A stretch of DNA of 64,000 nucleotides from the NCBI GenBank assembly GCA_051251915.1, contig JBPOGF010000003.1:192001-256000 (forward strand), written 5' to 3'. This DNA is from Akkermansiaceae bacterium. Its GTDB lineage: Bacteria; Verrucomicrobiota; Verrucomicrobiia; Verrucomicrobiales; Akkermansiaceae. The notes under the pieces are model-generated. The model searched no databases. It saw nothing but the letters and a program-made list of their open reading frames with translations, and had not been told where the DNA came from. Made by a program: the position numbers and the translations under genes. Shown in pieces: positions 8,742 through 18,249 of this stretch. How positions within the stretch are numbered: position 1 is the stretch's first letter; every line of letters starts with the position of its first letter.

Positions 8742-9362
8742 TTAGCCTAAGAGGTTCAGCATGGTTTTCACTTTGTCCATGTTTTTGATGCCAGGAGATA
8801 TCTCTGCTCCGGATGCTACGTCGATCATGTAAGGGTTGATGGAGGCGGCTTCGGCAATGTTTTGGGTGGTGATGCCGCCTGCGATGATGACTTTGAAATC
8901 TGGGTGGTGTTTAATGTAGTTGCTAGCAAGGTTCCAGTCGAAGCGTTTGCCGGCTCCTCCGTATCCTGAGACATATGTGTCGAGTAGAATTTGGTTTCCG
9001 GCTGACTCTGGTGTGTGGATGGTGTTGTCTTCTGGTTGGACTCTGATGACCTTGATGAAGTTCAGGTTGCTATTTATTAGCTCTTCACAGTATGCGATGT
9101 TTTCATTGCCATGAAGCTGTGCTGCGTCAATTAATCCGTCTTGCATGATCTGTTTCACGGTTGAAATGTCTTCGTCTACGAAGACTCCGATACGTTGGAT
9201 TTTGCCTTGGACTGAGTCTAGAAATGGTCGTGCCTTTTGGGGGTTTATGTAGCGTTTGGATTTGTTCCAGAAGTTGACGCCCAGTGCATGTACTCCTATG
9301 TCTACTAGGTTGTGGGCATCTTCGGTGGTGGTGACGCCGCATATTTTAAGTTTGCTTTTCAT
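8742..9362 (-). CDS. trpF: Phosphoribosylanthranilate isomerase
   Basis: KICG, SKRY, QLHGNE, GG.GKRFDW, AGG, DVASGAE..PG.K. Confidence 0.95.
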   Translation of the reverse strand: MKSKLKICGVTTTEDAHNLVDIGVHALGVNFWNKSKRYINPQKARPFLDSVQGKIQRIGVFVDEDISTVKQIMQDGLIDAAQLHGNENIAYCEELINSNLNFIKVIRVQPEDNTIHTPESAGNQILLDTYVSGYGGAGKRFDWNLASNYIKHHPDFKVIIAGGITTQNIAEAASINPYMIDVASGAEISPGIKNMDKVKTMLNLLG

Positions 9363-9415
9363 GGGTGTGAGACTAGCTGTGTTTGATTGGATAAAAAGAA
9401 ATCATTGTGCTGAGG

Positions 9416-10390
9416 TTACAAGATCAGCATGCAGTCTCCGTATGAGTAGAATCTGTATTTCTCGGTGACTGCTTGTTTGTAGGCTTCTAGGATGAGTTCT
9501 TTTCCGGCGAAGGCGCTGACGAGCATGATGAGGGTGCTCATGGGGAGGTGGAAGTTGGTGAGTAGTCTGTCTACGATTTTGAATTCAAAGCCTGGGTAGA
9601 TGAAGATGTCTGTGGCGCCAGAGCATTCTGTGAGTTGGGGGTTTTCACGGCCGAGGCTTTCTAGGACTCTGGTGACTGTGGTGCCGACGGCGGTAACTTT
9701 TGGTGCGTTGTTTATTTTGCTGGCGACGGTGTTGGAGAGGGAGTATTTTTCTGAGTGCATCTCGTGGTCGAGGATGTTTTCTGCTTTTACTGGTCTGAAG
9801 GTGCCGACTCCTACGTGGAGGGTGAGGAAGTCATGGTTGAGCTTGGCGAGCATTTCTGGGGTGAAGTGGAGTCCAGCGGTTGGGGCTGCGATGGCGCCTT
9901 CTTCACGGGCGAATGTGGTTTGGTAGCGGTCTAGGTCTGTGTTGTCACTGTCTCTGCCCATGTAGTGTGGGAGTGCGAGTGAGCCGTGCTGGTGGATGTC
10001 TAGGGGTTGGTTCCATTTGATGAGGCGGTTGCCATTTTCTTGGATGGCGGTGACGGTGCCGATGGTGTTACCTATTTCGATGGTGCGGCCGACTTTCATT
10101 TTTTTTCCTGGTCTGACCATGCAGTCCCATTCTGTGTCGCTGATGCGGTCTGTGACGACGATTTCTATGGTGCCGTCATTTGAGAAGAGTCTGGCTGGGA
10201 TGACTTTGGTGTCATTGAGGATGAGGAGGTCATCTGGCTGCATGTATTCTGGGAAGTCTGAGAACATGCGGTGTTCTATTTTGCCGGTGTCTCTGTGGAC
10301 TACGATCATGCGGGAGGCTGATCTGTCGTCGAGTGGTCTGCTGGCGATGAGTTCTTCAGGGAGGTGAAAGTCGAAGTCTTTTGTGAGCAT
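9416..10390 (-). CDS. queA: S-adenosylmethionine:tRNA ribosyltransferase-isomerase
   Basis: FDFHLPEELIA, NDTKVIPARL, AAPTAGLHF, TLHVGVGTF, TNFHLP, YRFYSYGD. Confidence 0.97.
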   Translation of the reverse strand: MLTKDFDFHLPEELIASRPLDDRSASRMIVVHRDTGKIEHRMFSDFPEYMQPDDLLILNDTKVIPARLFSNDGTIEIVVTDRISDTEWDCMVRPGKKMKVGRTIEIGNTIGTVTAIQENGNRLIKWNQPLDIHQHGSLALPHYMGRDSDNTDLDRYQTTFAREEGAIAAPTAGLHFTPEMLAKLNHDFLTLHVGVGTFRPVKAENILDHEMHSEKYSLSNTVASKINNAPKVTAVGTTVTRVLESLGRENPQLTECSGATDIFIYPGFEFKIVDRLLTNFHLPMSTLIMLVSAFAGKELILEAYKQAVTEKYRFYSYGDCMLIL

Positions 10391-10431
10391 TGAGTTGTTG
10401 GGTGTGCTTTGTGTGAGGGGAGGGGGAGCGG

Positions 10432-11823
10432 CTAGCATTCTACGACGTTGACTGCTAGGCCGCCGCGTGATGTTTCTTTGTATTTGTCCTGCATGTCTTT
10501 GCCTGTGTCCCACATGGTTTTGATGACTTTGTCTAGGGATACGAAGTGTGAGCCGTCGGTGTTGAGTGCCATTCTTGATGCGCTGATGGCTTTGATGGAT
10601 CCCATGGCGTTGCGCTCGATGCAGGGGATCTGGACGAGGCCTCCGATGGGGTCACAGGTGAGGCCAAGGTTGTGTTCCATGCCGATTTCTGCGGCGGATT
10701 CGACTTGAGCGGGTGTTCCGCCGAGGTATTCTGTGAGTGCTCCTGCTGCCATTGAGCAGGCGACGCCGACTTCTCCTTGGCATCCGACGTCTGCTCCTGA
10801 GATGGAGGCATTTTTTTTGTAGAGGACTGCGATGGCGGCGGCGGTGAGGAGGAAGCGGTGCACTCCGTCTTTGTGTGGGGTGGATGCGAAGCGTGTGGCG
10901 TAGTGTAGGACTGCGGGGATGATGCCTGCGGCGCCGTTAGTGGGGGCGGTGACTACTCTGCCTCCGGCGGCGTTTTCTTCGTTGACTGCGAGGGCGTAGA
11001 GGCCAACCCAGTCTAGGATGGATAGGGGGTCTGCGAGTAGGGCTTCACCGCGCTGGAGGAGTTGTTGGTGGAGGGTGTGAGCTCTTCGTTTCACTTTGAG
11101 TCCGCCGGGGAGTATGCCGGTGTTTGAGATGCCATTTTTGACGCATTGCTGCATGGTTTCCCAGATTTTATCTAGCATTCTGCGAGTTTCTTTTTCTGGG
11201 CGTAGTGCGTTCTCGTTGGCTAGCATGAGCTCGGAGATGGAGCAGTGCATGCCTTGGCATTGTTCTAGGAGGTCATCTCCGTGGTCGAATGGGTGGGGGC
11301 AGTTGATGATGACGCTTTGGTGTGGTGCGGGTGCTTTTAGTTCTGCTTCTGTGGAGATGAATCCGCCACCGAGTGAGTAGTAGATTTCTTCGTGGATGAT
11401 GTTTCCCTCTTTGTCTGTGGCGAGGAAGTGCATGCCGTTGGGGTGGAGGGGGAGTGGCTGGAGGCGCTGGTAGTCTATGTGTTCTTTTTCAGTGAAATAG
11501 ATGTTTGAGCCGCCAGTTTCACTTGGGATGTGGAGTTGTTTTGTTTCTTTTAGGGTGGCGAGACGGCTGTCCATGGATGAGACGTCGATGGTGTCTGGCA
11601 TTTCGCCCATGAAGCCAAAGATGAGTGCTGTGCCGGTGCCGTGGCCTTTACCAGTGGCGGCGAGTGAGCCGTAGAGGTCACATCTAACTGAGCTGAGTGA
11701 GTTGAAGTTAGGGTGAGCTGCTAGCTGGTGGGTGAATGCGCATGCAGCTTTCATCGGGCCCACGGTGTGGGAGGAAGATGGGCCGATGCCTATGCTGAAT
11801 AGATCTAGGATAGAAATGTGCAC
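10432..11823 (-). CDS. sdaA: L-serine ammonia-lyase, Fe-S dependent
   Basis: [53 protein letters not shown]. Confidence 0.96.
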   Translation of the reverse strand: MHISILDLFSIGIGPSSSHTVGPMKAACAFTHQLAAHPNFNSLSSVRCDLYGSLAATGKGHGTGTALIFGFMGEMPDTIDVSSMDSRLATLKETKQLHIPSETGGSNIYFTEKEHIDYQRLQPLPLHPNGMHFLATDKEGNIIHEEIYYSLGGGFISTEAELKAPAPHQSVIINCPHPFDHGDDLLEQCQGMHCSISELMLANENALRPEKETRRMLDKIWETMQQCVKNGISNTGILPGGLKVKRRAHTLHQQLLQRGEALLADPLSILDWVGLYALAVNEENAAGGRVVTAPTNGAAGIIPAVLHYATRFASTPHKDGVHRFLLTAAAIAVLYKKNASISGADVGCQGEVGVACSMAAGALTEYLGGTPAQVESAAEIGMEHNLGLTCDPIGGLVQIPCIERNAMGSIKAISASRMALNTDGSHFVSLDKVIKTMWDTGKDMQDKYKETSRGGLAVNVVEC

Positions 11824-11849
11824 ACGCTATGAGTGTTAGAGGGCTGGTG

Positions 11850-12230
11850 TTATTTGAGTGGGAGGATTTCCACTTCGTAGCCATCTGGGTCGGTGATGAA
11901 TGCCATTTGGCGGTTTTCTGGGTTGGCGAATTTTTCTCTCCAGTCTTCTGGCCAGATTTCGATGCCGTCATTCTCAAGCTGATCACAGTATGCGATGACG
12001 TCTGGGACGCCTACGCAGGTGTGCATGAGGTCTTCTGGGACAGCTACTTTGTATTCTGGTGAGTGTGTGAGCTCGAGGAAGTGCTCGGAGTCTGGGAGGT
12101 GCATGAAGACGAGTTGGTTACCTTGTGGTGATGTCTTCTGCTGGCCTAGTGTGAAGCCTACTTTGGTGTAGAAGTCGACTGATGCTTTAGGGTCTGCGAC
12201 GCGGATGCGGGTGTGTAGGAATTTGATCAT
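11850..12230 (-). CDS. VOC family / lactoylglutathione lyase-like protein
   Basis: HTRIRV.D...S..FY, LELT, FITDPDGYEVE. Confidence 0.85.
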   Translation of the reverse strand: MIKFLHTRIRVADPKASVDFYTKVGFTLGQQKTSPQGNQLVFMHLPDSEHFLELTHSPEYKVAVPEDLMHTCVGVPDVIAYCDQLENDGIEIWPEDWREKFANPENRQMAFITDPDGYEVEILPLK

Positions 12231-12260
12231 GATGTTGGTATGATTGTTGGTATTAGTGGA

Positions 12261-12560
12261 TTATTCTTCGGTGATGATACGGTAGGTGTCTTTGGTCTTG
12301 CGGATGATGAATAGGTCATCTTCGATGGCGGGATCCCAGCCGTTTTCGAGTGCGAAGTCAATGATTCCTTCAAGCCATCTGAGGTCGAATACTTTTGGGA
12401 CTTGGGCGACGAGCATTTGTCCGTCGACGACTTCGTTGTATACGACTCTGACTTCGGTTCCTTTAGGGGTTGCGTATGCGATCCAGCGGTATTGGATGTC
12501 GTCTAGGCAGATGATTTTACTGCCTTTTTTTTGGATTGGTGGGCGTGCTTGTTTGGCCAT
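12261..12560 (-). CDS. Hypothetical protein
   Basis: 99-aa ORF that fits the minus-strand gene run. Confidence 0.65.
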   Translation of the reverse strand: MAKQARPPIQKKGSKIICLDDIQYRWIAYATPKGTEVRVVYNEVVDGQMLVAQVPKVFDLRWLEGIIDFALENGWDPAIEDDLFIIRKTKDTYRIITEE

Positions 12561-12595
12561 GGTTGTTGAGTGGTTTGGTTTGTTTGTAGGGGAGG

Positions 12596-13489
12596 TTAGA
12601 GTGAGATCCAGAGGCTCTTGAGGTAGGATTCGCCTAGGTATTCTTCAGGCATATCAAGTGCGTTGATTGACTTATAGCTAGCTAGGCCGCGCTTGACGAG
12701 GACATTGAAGCCTTCGGGGGTAAGTTTTCTGCAGTTGGTGGATGCTAGTATCCATCCTCCTGGGGAGATGCAGGCTGCGGCTAGGGCGATGAGTTGGTCG
12801 TAGTGTGCTTCTACGGTGAAGACTTTGCCTTTATCGTCGCGTGAGAATGTGGGTGGGTCTAGGATGATACCGTTGAATTTGCGGCCTTGTTTGGCGAAGC
12901 GTTTGAGCCAGTGGAAGGTGTCTCCTTTGCAGAAGTAGTGTTGTGCTGGGTCTAGGTTGTTAGCCTGCATGTTTTGTTTGGCCCAGTCTAGGTAGGGCTG
13001 GGAGAGGTCTAGGGTAGTGGTGGTGGCACCGGCGAGTGCTGCGCAGACGGAGAAGGCTCCGGTGTAGGCGAAGGTGTTGAGGATGGTGTCGCCTGGCTTG
13101 GTGGCTTGGCGGACGCGGACGCGGTTGTCACGTTGGTCTAGGAAGATGCCTTGGGAGTAGCCGGACTGGAATGAGATCTGGTAGTTTACTCCGGATTCTT
13201 TGGCGATGAATGGTTTGTCTTGTGTTGGGCCGCAGAGGTGGGAGGGGTCGTCTTTTTGGTGTTGGTCTAGGCGTTTCCAGTAGACGGTTTTGCTGGAGGA
13301 TTTGAGGAACATTTCTAGGTCGCGGGGGAGGCGGTTTTCGCGGGTGGAGATGATCCATTTGTCTGCGAAGGTTTCTAGGAAGGTGTCTTTTAATCCGTCA
13401 CCGAAGCCGTCGAATAGGCGTAGCGCATTGGTTTCTGTGTTGAGGAGGTGTTTGCGCTTGGAGATGGCGGTGTTGAAGAGATTTTCCAT
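12596..13489 (-). CDS. Class I SAM-dependent methyltransferase, RlmI/RlmK-like
   Basis: GIFLDQRDNR, LNTFAYTGAFS, DLS, ILDPPTF. Confidence 0.9.
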   Translation of the reverse strand: MENLFNTAISKRKHLLNTETNALRLFDGFGDGLKDTFLETFADKWIISTRENRLPRDLEMFLKSSSKTVYWKRLDQHQKDDPSHLCGPTQDKPFIAKESGVNYQISFQSGYSQGIFLDQRDNRVRVRQATKPGDTILNTFAYTGAFSVCAALAGATTTTLDLSQPYLDWAKQNMQANNLDPAQHYFCKGDTFHWLKRFAKQGRKFNGIILDPPTFSRDDKGKVFTVEAHYDQLIALAAACISPGGWILASTNCRKLTPEGFNVLVKRGLASYKSINALDMPEEYLGESYLKSLWISL

Positions 13490-13642
13490 GATGAGTGATG
13501 CTGGGCAGGGTTTTAGCGTCAATTTGCTGAGAATTGAAATAAAAAAGTAGGTTGGGTGATCTCATTCTATATTTGTTGTGATGTGGGGTAATGGTTTGGA
13601 TTGGTTAACAAGAAGGTGTTAGAGTATGGTGATGCTATGTTA

Positions 13643-14560
13643 TTAGGGCTTCTGGAAGACTCGGATATAGTCGATTTCGTATCGTTGGGGGAAGGTGGTT
13701 TTGGAGGGGTCTCCTCCTTTGTCTCCGCCGATGGCCATGTTTACGCGGAAGGCTTGAGGGCTGTTGAAGGGATTGATGGCTTGGCCGTGTTCATTGATTG
13801 GGGTTTTCATGTCGATGTCATTGAGGAGTTTGCCGTCGAGGTAGATGGAAATCTTGTCTTTGGTCCATTCTAGGACCCATGTGTGGAAGGAGTTGTTCCA
13901 CTGTTTCTCATCGAATTCTTCCATTTTATGGAAGGCTGTGTCCCATTTGGCTTTTCCTCTGGGGCCGGCCCAGCAGAAGTTGGCGAGGATGCCGTGGTTG
14001 TAGTATTCCATGATGTCAATCTCACCGGATAGAGGCCAGCGGTTGTTGGTGCCGGTGGTCCAGAGTGCGGGCCAGAGACCTGTGAGGGCTGGGAATTTGG
14101 CACGAATTTCCATGCGGCCGTAGGTCCACTGGTGCTTGCCTATGGTGGTGAGTGATGCTGAGGTGTAGTTGGCTTGGGGTCTGTTTACTTTCCAGTTTTG
14201 CGCTCCGTTTTTATAGTTTGGGTTGGTGACTGTTTCGCGACGGGCTTCGATGATGAGCATGCCGTTTTTACAGGTGGCATTTTCTTTTTGATACCATTGA
14301 AATTCATTATTTCTGGTGAAGCCTTTTTCAAAATTCCAGTTGGCTTCGTTTGGCGCGCCATCGGTGTTGAATTCATCTGACCAGACTAGTTTGTAGGAAG
14401 GGTCTCGGGGTGGCGTGATGTCGTCGGTTTTTTTGTTGGGCTGCACGGCGTTGGGCTGGGCAATAGCTGTGGAGTTGCTGATGCAACTAACGATGATTCC
14501 GATCATGGTTAGATAGCGGAGTCTGCTAGAGGGGCGTGAGTTTGTGTGACTGTTGTTCAT
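13643..14560 (-). CDS. Glycoside hydrolase family 16 (laminarinase-like), exported
   Basis: LVWSDEF, WPALW, catalytic GEIDIME, IDYIRVFQ; signal peptide. Confidence 0.92.
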   Translation of the reverse strand: MNNSHTNSRPSSRLRYLTMIGIIVSCISNSTAIAQPNAVQPNKKTDDITPPRDPSYKLVWSDEFNTDGAPNEANWNFEKGFTRNNEFQWYQKENATCKNGMLIIEARRETVTNPNYKNGAQNWKVNRPQANYTSASLTTIGKHQWTYGRMEIRAKFPALTGLWPALWTTGTNNRWPLSGEIDIMEYYNHGILANFCWAGPRGKAKWDTAFHKMEEFDEKQWNNSFHTWVLEWTKDKISIYLDGKLLNDIDMKTPINEHGQAINPFNSPQAFRVNMAIGGDKGGDPSKTTFPQRYEIDYIRVFQKP

Positions 14561-14751
14561 GGTGTTAGTATTTTGTAGATAGAATGCGAGCGATGATTCG
14601 ATACTCAGTCTTACGTTTGTTGGGTGTGGAGCCTTTCGCCTAAATTATCGCTAGCCAGACGTGTTGTTATTATTTCAACAAGTCAGGCCCTGCTGATTTA
14701 GGGGTGGTAGGTAGAGAGGGTGGGTAGCTTTAAGATAAGCTATTAAAACGC

Positions 14752-14771
14752 AATGGCTGGCAGGGAGGGAT
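14752..14771 (-). repeat. Duplicated 3' end of tRNA-Ser (att-like direct repeat)
   Basis: AATGGCTGGCAGGGAGGGAT matches 14942-14961 AATGGCGGGCAGGGAGGGAT at 19/20. Confidence 0.75.
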
Positions 14772-14943
14772 CTTCTTTGTTCCTCTCAGGATCTGTGGAT
14801 TGGAATTTGCTTCTCCGGAAATTCTTTATTGGGATTATTTTGTTCGCTGCGCCATACAAAATGGAGCAGTCGAACTGTGTTCTCATCCCACGAAGCGTTT
14901 TAGAATAATAGGTGGATACTTAGCATTAAGTATTTAAGAAAAA

Positions 14944-15033
14944 TGGCGGGCAGGGAGGGATTCGAACCCTCGGAGACATTGCTGCCTCACAAGCTTTCCA
15001 GGCGTGCGCATTCGACCACTCTGCCACCTGCCC
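14944..15033 (-). tRNA. tRNA-Ser (anticodon GGA)
   Basis: GGGCAGG/CCTGCCC acceptor stem, TGGCAGAGTGG D-arm, CTGGAAA loop, long variable arm, GGTTCGAATCC, encoded CCA. Confidence 0.95.
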
Positions 15034-15148
15034 GCTTGCAAGTTCATCGGTAATCGTCGAACGAGTGGGAAGCTAGACAGGATGTGGGCTGCTGGCAATT
15101 CTTTTTTTTTCAGCTTGTGAGTTGGGGGTAGTTGTTGATAGTGCGGGC

Positions 15149-16096
15149 ATGTTACCAATTACGTTTATTGCAATCTATCAAGAGAGAGTTTGGGGTGGGA
15201 GAGAGTTGGAGAATTTTTATGGACGTGTGCTTCCGTGTGAGAGGGTGCCGTATGGTGAGTCTTGGGAAATTTCTGACCGGGAGGAGGCTCAGTCGGTGGT
15301 GAGTGATGAGGGAGGAGAGTATCAGGGGAAGTCGCTGAATGAATTGTGGAGTGATGAGGTGACTAGGGGTAAGGTTTTTGGTGATGGGTTGGTGGGGGAT
15401 CGGTTTCCGTTGTTGATTAAGATTTTGGATTGTAGGGAGGATTTATCGGTTCAGGTGCATCCTCCGACTGAGTTGGCTGAGGAGTTGGGGGGGGAGGCGA
15501 AGACTGAGATGTGGTATATAGCGGGAGTTGATGAGGGGGCTAAACTTTATGTTGGCTTGAAGGAGGGAGTGACGAAGGAGAGATTTGAGCAAGCGCTTGT
15601 GGATGGTGATGTGGAGGAGCAGATTCATGCGATAGAGGCGAAGGCGGGTGAGAGTATTTTTATTCCTTCTGGGAGGCTGCATGCGATTGGGGCTGGTCAT
15701 TTGATCTATGAGGTGCAGCAGAACTCGGATACGACGTATCGGGTGTTTGACTGGAATAGAATGGGGCTGGATGGGGTTCCGCGTGAGCTGCATGTGGAGG
15801 AGAGTATGCGGTGTATTGATTTTGATGATGTGGAGCCAGAGATGGATGTGGCTTTTGAATCATGTATCGCTAGTTGTGAGTATTTCAATGTGGACAAGTT
15901 TGAATTGTCTAGTGGAGATGTGGTGGGGAACCCTGATTGTGAGAGGTTTTCTATTGTGACGGTGGTGAGTGGTGAGGTGGTGGATGCTGAGGGGAAGCCT
16001 TATGTGGCGGGTGATTTTATGATCTTGCCGAGGGGGTCGAGTGATTTACGGGTTAGTGCGGAGGCGGTGATTTTACAAACTACGATTCCGAGGTGA
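15149..16096 (+). CDS. manA: Mannose-6-phosphate isomerase class I
   Basis: WGG, GESWE, FPLLIKILD..LSVQVHP, KTEMWY, HAIG, EVQQNSDTTYR. Confidence 0.92.
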   Translation: MLPITFIAIYQERVWGGRELENFYGRVLPCERVPYGESWEISDREEAQSVVSDEGGEYQGKSLNELWSDEVTRGKVFGDGLVGDRFPLLIKILDCREDLSVQVHPPTELAEELGGEAKTEMWYIAGVDEGAKLYVGLKEGVTKERFEQALVDGDVEEQIHAIEAKAGESIFIPSGRLHAIGAGHLIYEVQQNSDTTYRVFDWNRMGLDGVPRELHVEESMRCIDFDDVEPEMDVAFESCIASCEYFNVDKFELSSGDVVGNPDCERFSIVTVVSGEVVDAEGKPYVAGDFMILPRGSSDLRVSAEAVILQTTIPR

Positions 16097-16114
16097 TTAT
16101 TAATTAGATTAGTT

Positions 16115-17140
16115 ATGGGTGATGAAGATTTTATGAGGCAGGCATTGGCCGAGGCGAGAAAAGGGTTGGGGCTTACGAGTCCTAATCCGCCGGTGGGTGC
16201 GGTGATTGTTAGAGAGGGTGAGGTGATTGGGAGAGGGTGGCACCGTAGGGCTGGGTGTCCGCATGCGGAGCGTGAGGCGATAAAAGATGCTGGAGGGGGT
16301 GTGAGTCTTGAGGGTGCTACTATTTATGTGACTTTGGAGCCTTGTTCGACTTGTGGGCGGACGGGGGCTTGCACGGATGCAATTATTGAGAATGGATTTG
16401 GTCGTGTGGTGTATGGTGCAAGGGATGTGAATCCGGATCATGCGGGTGCTGCGGATGAGGTGTTGAGGGCGGCGGGGGTTGAGGTGGTGAGTGGGGTTTT
16501 GGCGGAGGAGTGTGGGGTGTTGATACGTGGGTTTGGCAAGAGAATCTTGACTGGGTTGCCGTGGGTGATTGCGAAGTCTGCGATGAGTTTGGATGGCAGG
16601 ATTACGCGGCCGGATGGTGAGGGGCAGTGGTTGACGGGGGCTGAGGCTCGTGCGGAGGCTCATGGGATTAGGGCTGAGGTGGATGCTATTGTGGTGGGTG
16701 GTAAGACTGTGCGCAGGGATAATCCTAGTTTGACTGTTAGAGGTGAGGCTTTCCGTGAGGAGAAGGAGCAGCCTTGGAGGGTGGTGTTGACTCAGAGTGG
16801 GAAGAAAAACTTACCACTGGATGCGGCGGTTTTTGTCGATGAAGCAAAAGAGCGGACTTTGATCCACGAGGATATGAGTCTGGAGGAGAGTTTGAGGGAG
16901 TTGGGGGGGAGAGGTTGTAATGTGGTTCTGTTAGAGTGTGGTGGTGTGTTGATGCGGCAGTTTTTGGAACAGAATTTGGTGGATGAGGTGGCGGTGTTTT
17001 TTGCGCCAATGTTGACTGGTGGTGGAGACTTTGGTTTTGGTGTGGGAGAGCATTTGCAGAAGAGTTTGGCTCTGGAAAAGATGGTGGTGAAGCAGTGTGG
17101 GGATGACTTCTTGTTTAGGGGCGTGGTGCGCCGGAGGTAG
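16115..17140 (+). CDS. ribD: Riboflavin biosynthesis bifunctional deaminase/reductase
   Basis: PNPPVGAV, HAE, TLEPC..C, KSAMSLDG, DNP.LT, ECGG. Confidence 0.96.
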   Translation: MGDEDFMRQALAEARKGLGLTSPNPPVGAVIVREGEVIGRGWHRRAGCPHAEREAIKDAGGGVSLEGATIYVTLEPCSTCGRTGACTDAIIENGFGRVVYGARDVNPDHAGAADEVLRAAGVEVVSGVLAEECGVLIRGFGKRILTGLPWVIAKSAMSLDGRITRPDGEGQWLTGAEARAEAHGIRAEVDAIVVGGKTVRRDNPSLTVRGEAFREEKEQPWRVVLTQSGKKNLPLDAAVFVDEAKERTLIHEDMSLEESLRELGGRGCNVVLLECGGVLMRQFLEQNLVDEVAVFFAPMLTGGGDFGFGVGEHLQKSLALEKMVVKQCGDDFLFRGVVRRR

Positions 17141-17156
17141 TAGCGAGGGGTTATCT

Positions 17157-17190
17157 TGGAGGTAACGTTTAACACTAAACGATACCTCCA
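17157..17190. terminator. Hairpin between convergent genes
   Basis: TGGAGGTAACGTTTA-ACAC-TAAACGATACCTCCA, 14/15 paired. Confidence 0.6.
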
Positions 17191-17213
17191 CCTCATATAA
17201 TTGAGGCTACTTA

Positions 17214-18212
17214 TTACCGTTTGAGGACGGCACGGTATCTAGCTTTGCCGTCGGCTACGAATTGCATGGCTTCGTTTACTTGGTCCATTGGGAATTCGTC
17301 TACGAGTGGGGCTATGTTGTGTCGGCCACAGAACTCTAACATTTGGCGTTGGACCTCGGGGCTGCCTATAGGTGAGCCGCCAACGCTGCGCTGGGCTGAG
17401 ATGAGAGGGAAGATGGTGAGTTCTATTTTATTTGCTGCTCCGACGAGATGGAGTTTGCCTTTTGGTGCGAGTGCATTTACGTAGAGGTCCCACGGGAGGT
17501 CTGCGTTTACAGTGACGAGGATGAAGTCGAACTTTCCAGCGAGTGCTTCTAGAGCCTCTTCATCGCGTGAGTTTACGAAGTGGTGAGCGCCCATTTGCTT
17601 GGCTTCTTGTTCTTTATCTGGTGTTGTGGAAAATGCTGTGACATCACAGCCCCATGCGTTTAAGAACTGAAGTGCTAGGTGACCGAGGCCGCCTATTCCT
17701 ACGACTGCGACTCTGTCGGTAGGTTTTACGTTGCTTTGAATAATGGGATTAAAGACCGTCACGCCGCCGCAGAATAAGGGGCCTGCTTTGGCAGCATCAA
17801 GAGTGTCGGGAATGGAGATGGCCCAGCTTGAGTCTGCTCTGACTTTATCTGCAAATCCACCGTGTCTGCCGACGATGGTTCCTTCGCTTTCGCCGCAGAG
17901 GTTGTGGTCGCCAGACATGCACTGTGAGCAGCCCATGCATGAACCGGCTGTCCAGCCAAGGCCTACGCGGTCACCTTCTTTGAATTTTTTAACACCAGAA
18001 CCGAGTTTGCCGATGGTTCCTACGATCTCGTGACCGAGGACGAGAGGGTATTCACTCATTCCCCAGTCATTCTTCCACATGCTAAGATCACTATGGCAGA
18101 TGCCGCAGTATTCTACGTTGATCTCTACTTCATCATGCCCAAGCTCACCGGCATTAAATTCAAATTTTTCAAGTTGGGCTCCAGCTTCTTTTGCGGCGTA
18201 TGCGGTAATCAT
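17214..18212 (-). CDS. Zinc-dependent NAD(P)H alcohol/aldehyde dehydrogenase (Ahr/CAD-like)
   Basis: CGICHSD, GHE, C..C..C..C, GPLFCGGVT, GIGGLG, RYRAVL. Confidence 0.93.
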   Translation of the reverse strand: MITAYAAKEAGAQLEKFEFNAGELGHDEVEINVEYCGICHSDLSMWKNDWGMSEYPLVLGHEIVGTIGKLGSGVKKFKEGDRVGLGWTAGSCMGCSQCMSGDHNLCGESEGTIVGRHGGFADKVRADSSWAISIPDTLDAAKAGPLFCGGVTVFNPIIQSNVKPTDRVAVVGIGGLGHLALQFLNAWGCDVTAFSTTPDKEQEAKQMGAHHFVNSRDEEALEALAGKFDFILVTVNADLPWDLYVNALAPKGKLHLVGAANKIELTIFPLISAQRSVGGSPIGSPEVQRQMLEFCGRHNIAPLVDEFPMDQVNEAMQFVADGKARYRAVLKR

Positions 18213-18249
18213 GAGTATACCTAGCGCACTTTAGTAGAGAACGCAAAAT

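Noticed and set aside
13643..14771. Intact genomic island or prophage at tRNA-Ser
   Set aside because: No integrase or phage genes; the att-like repeats are only 190 bp apart
14934..15158. 74-aa ORF across the tRNA
   Set aside because: It is a translation of the tRNA-Ser gene and its promoter region
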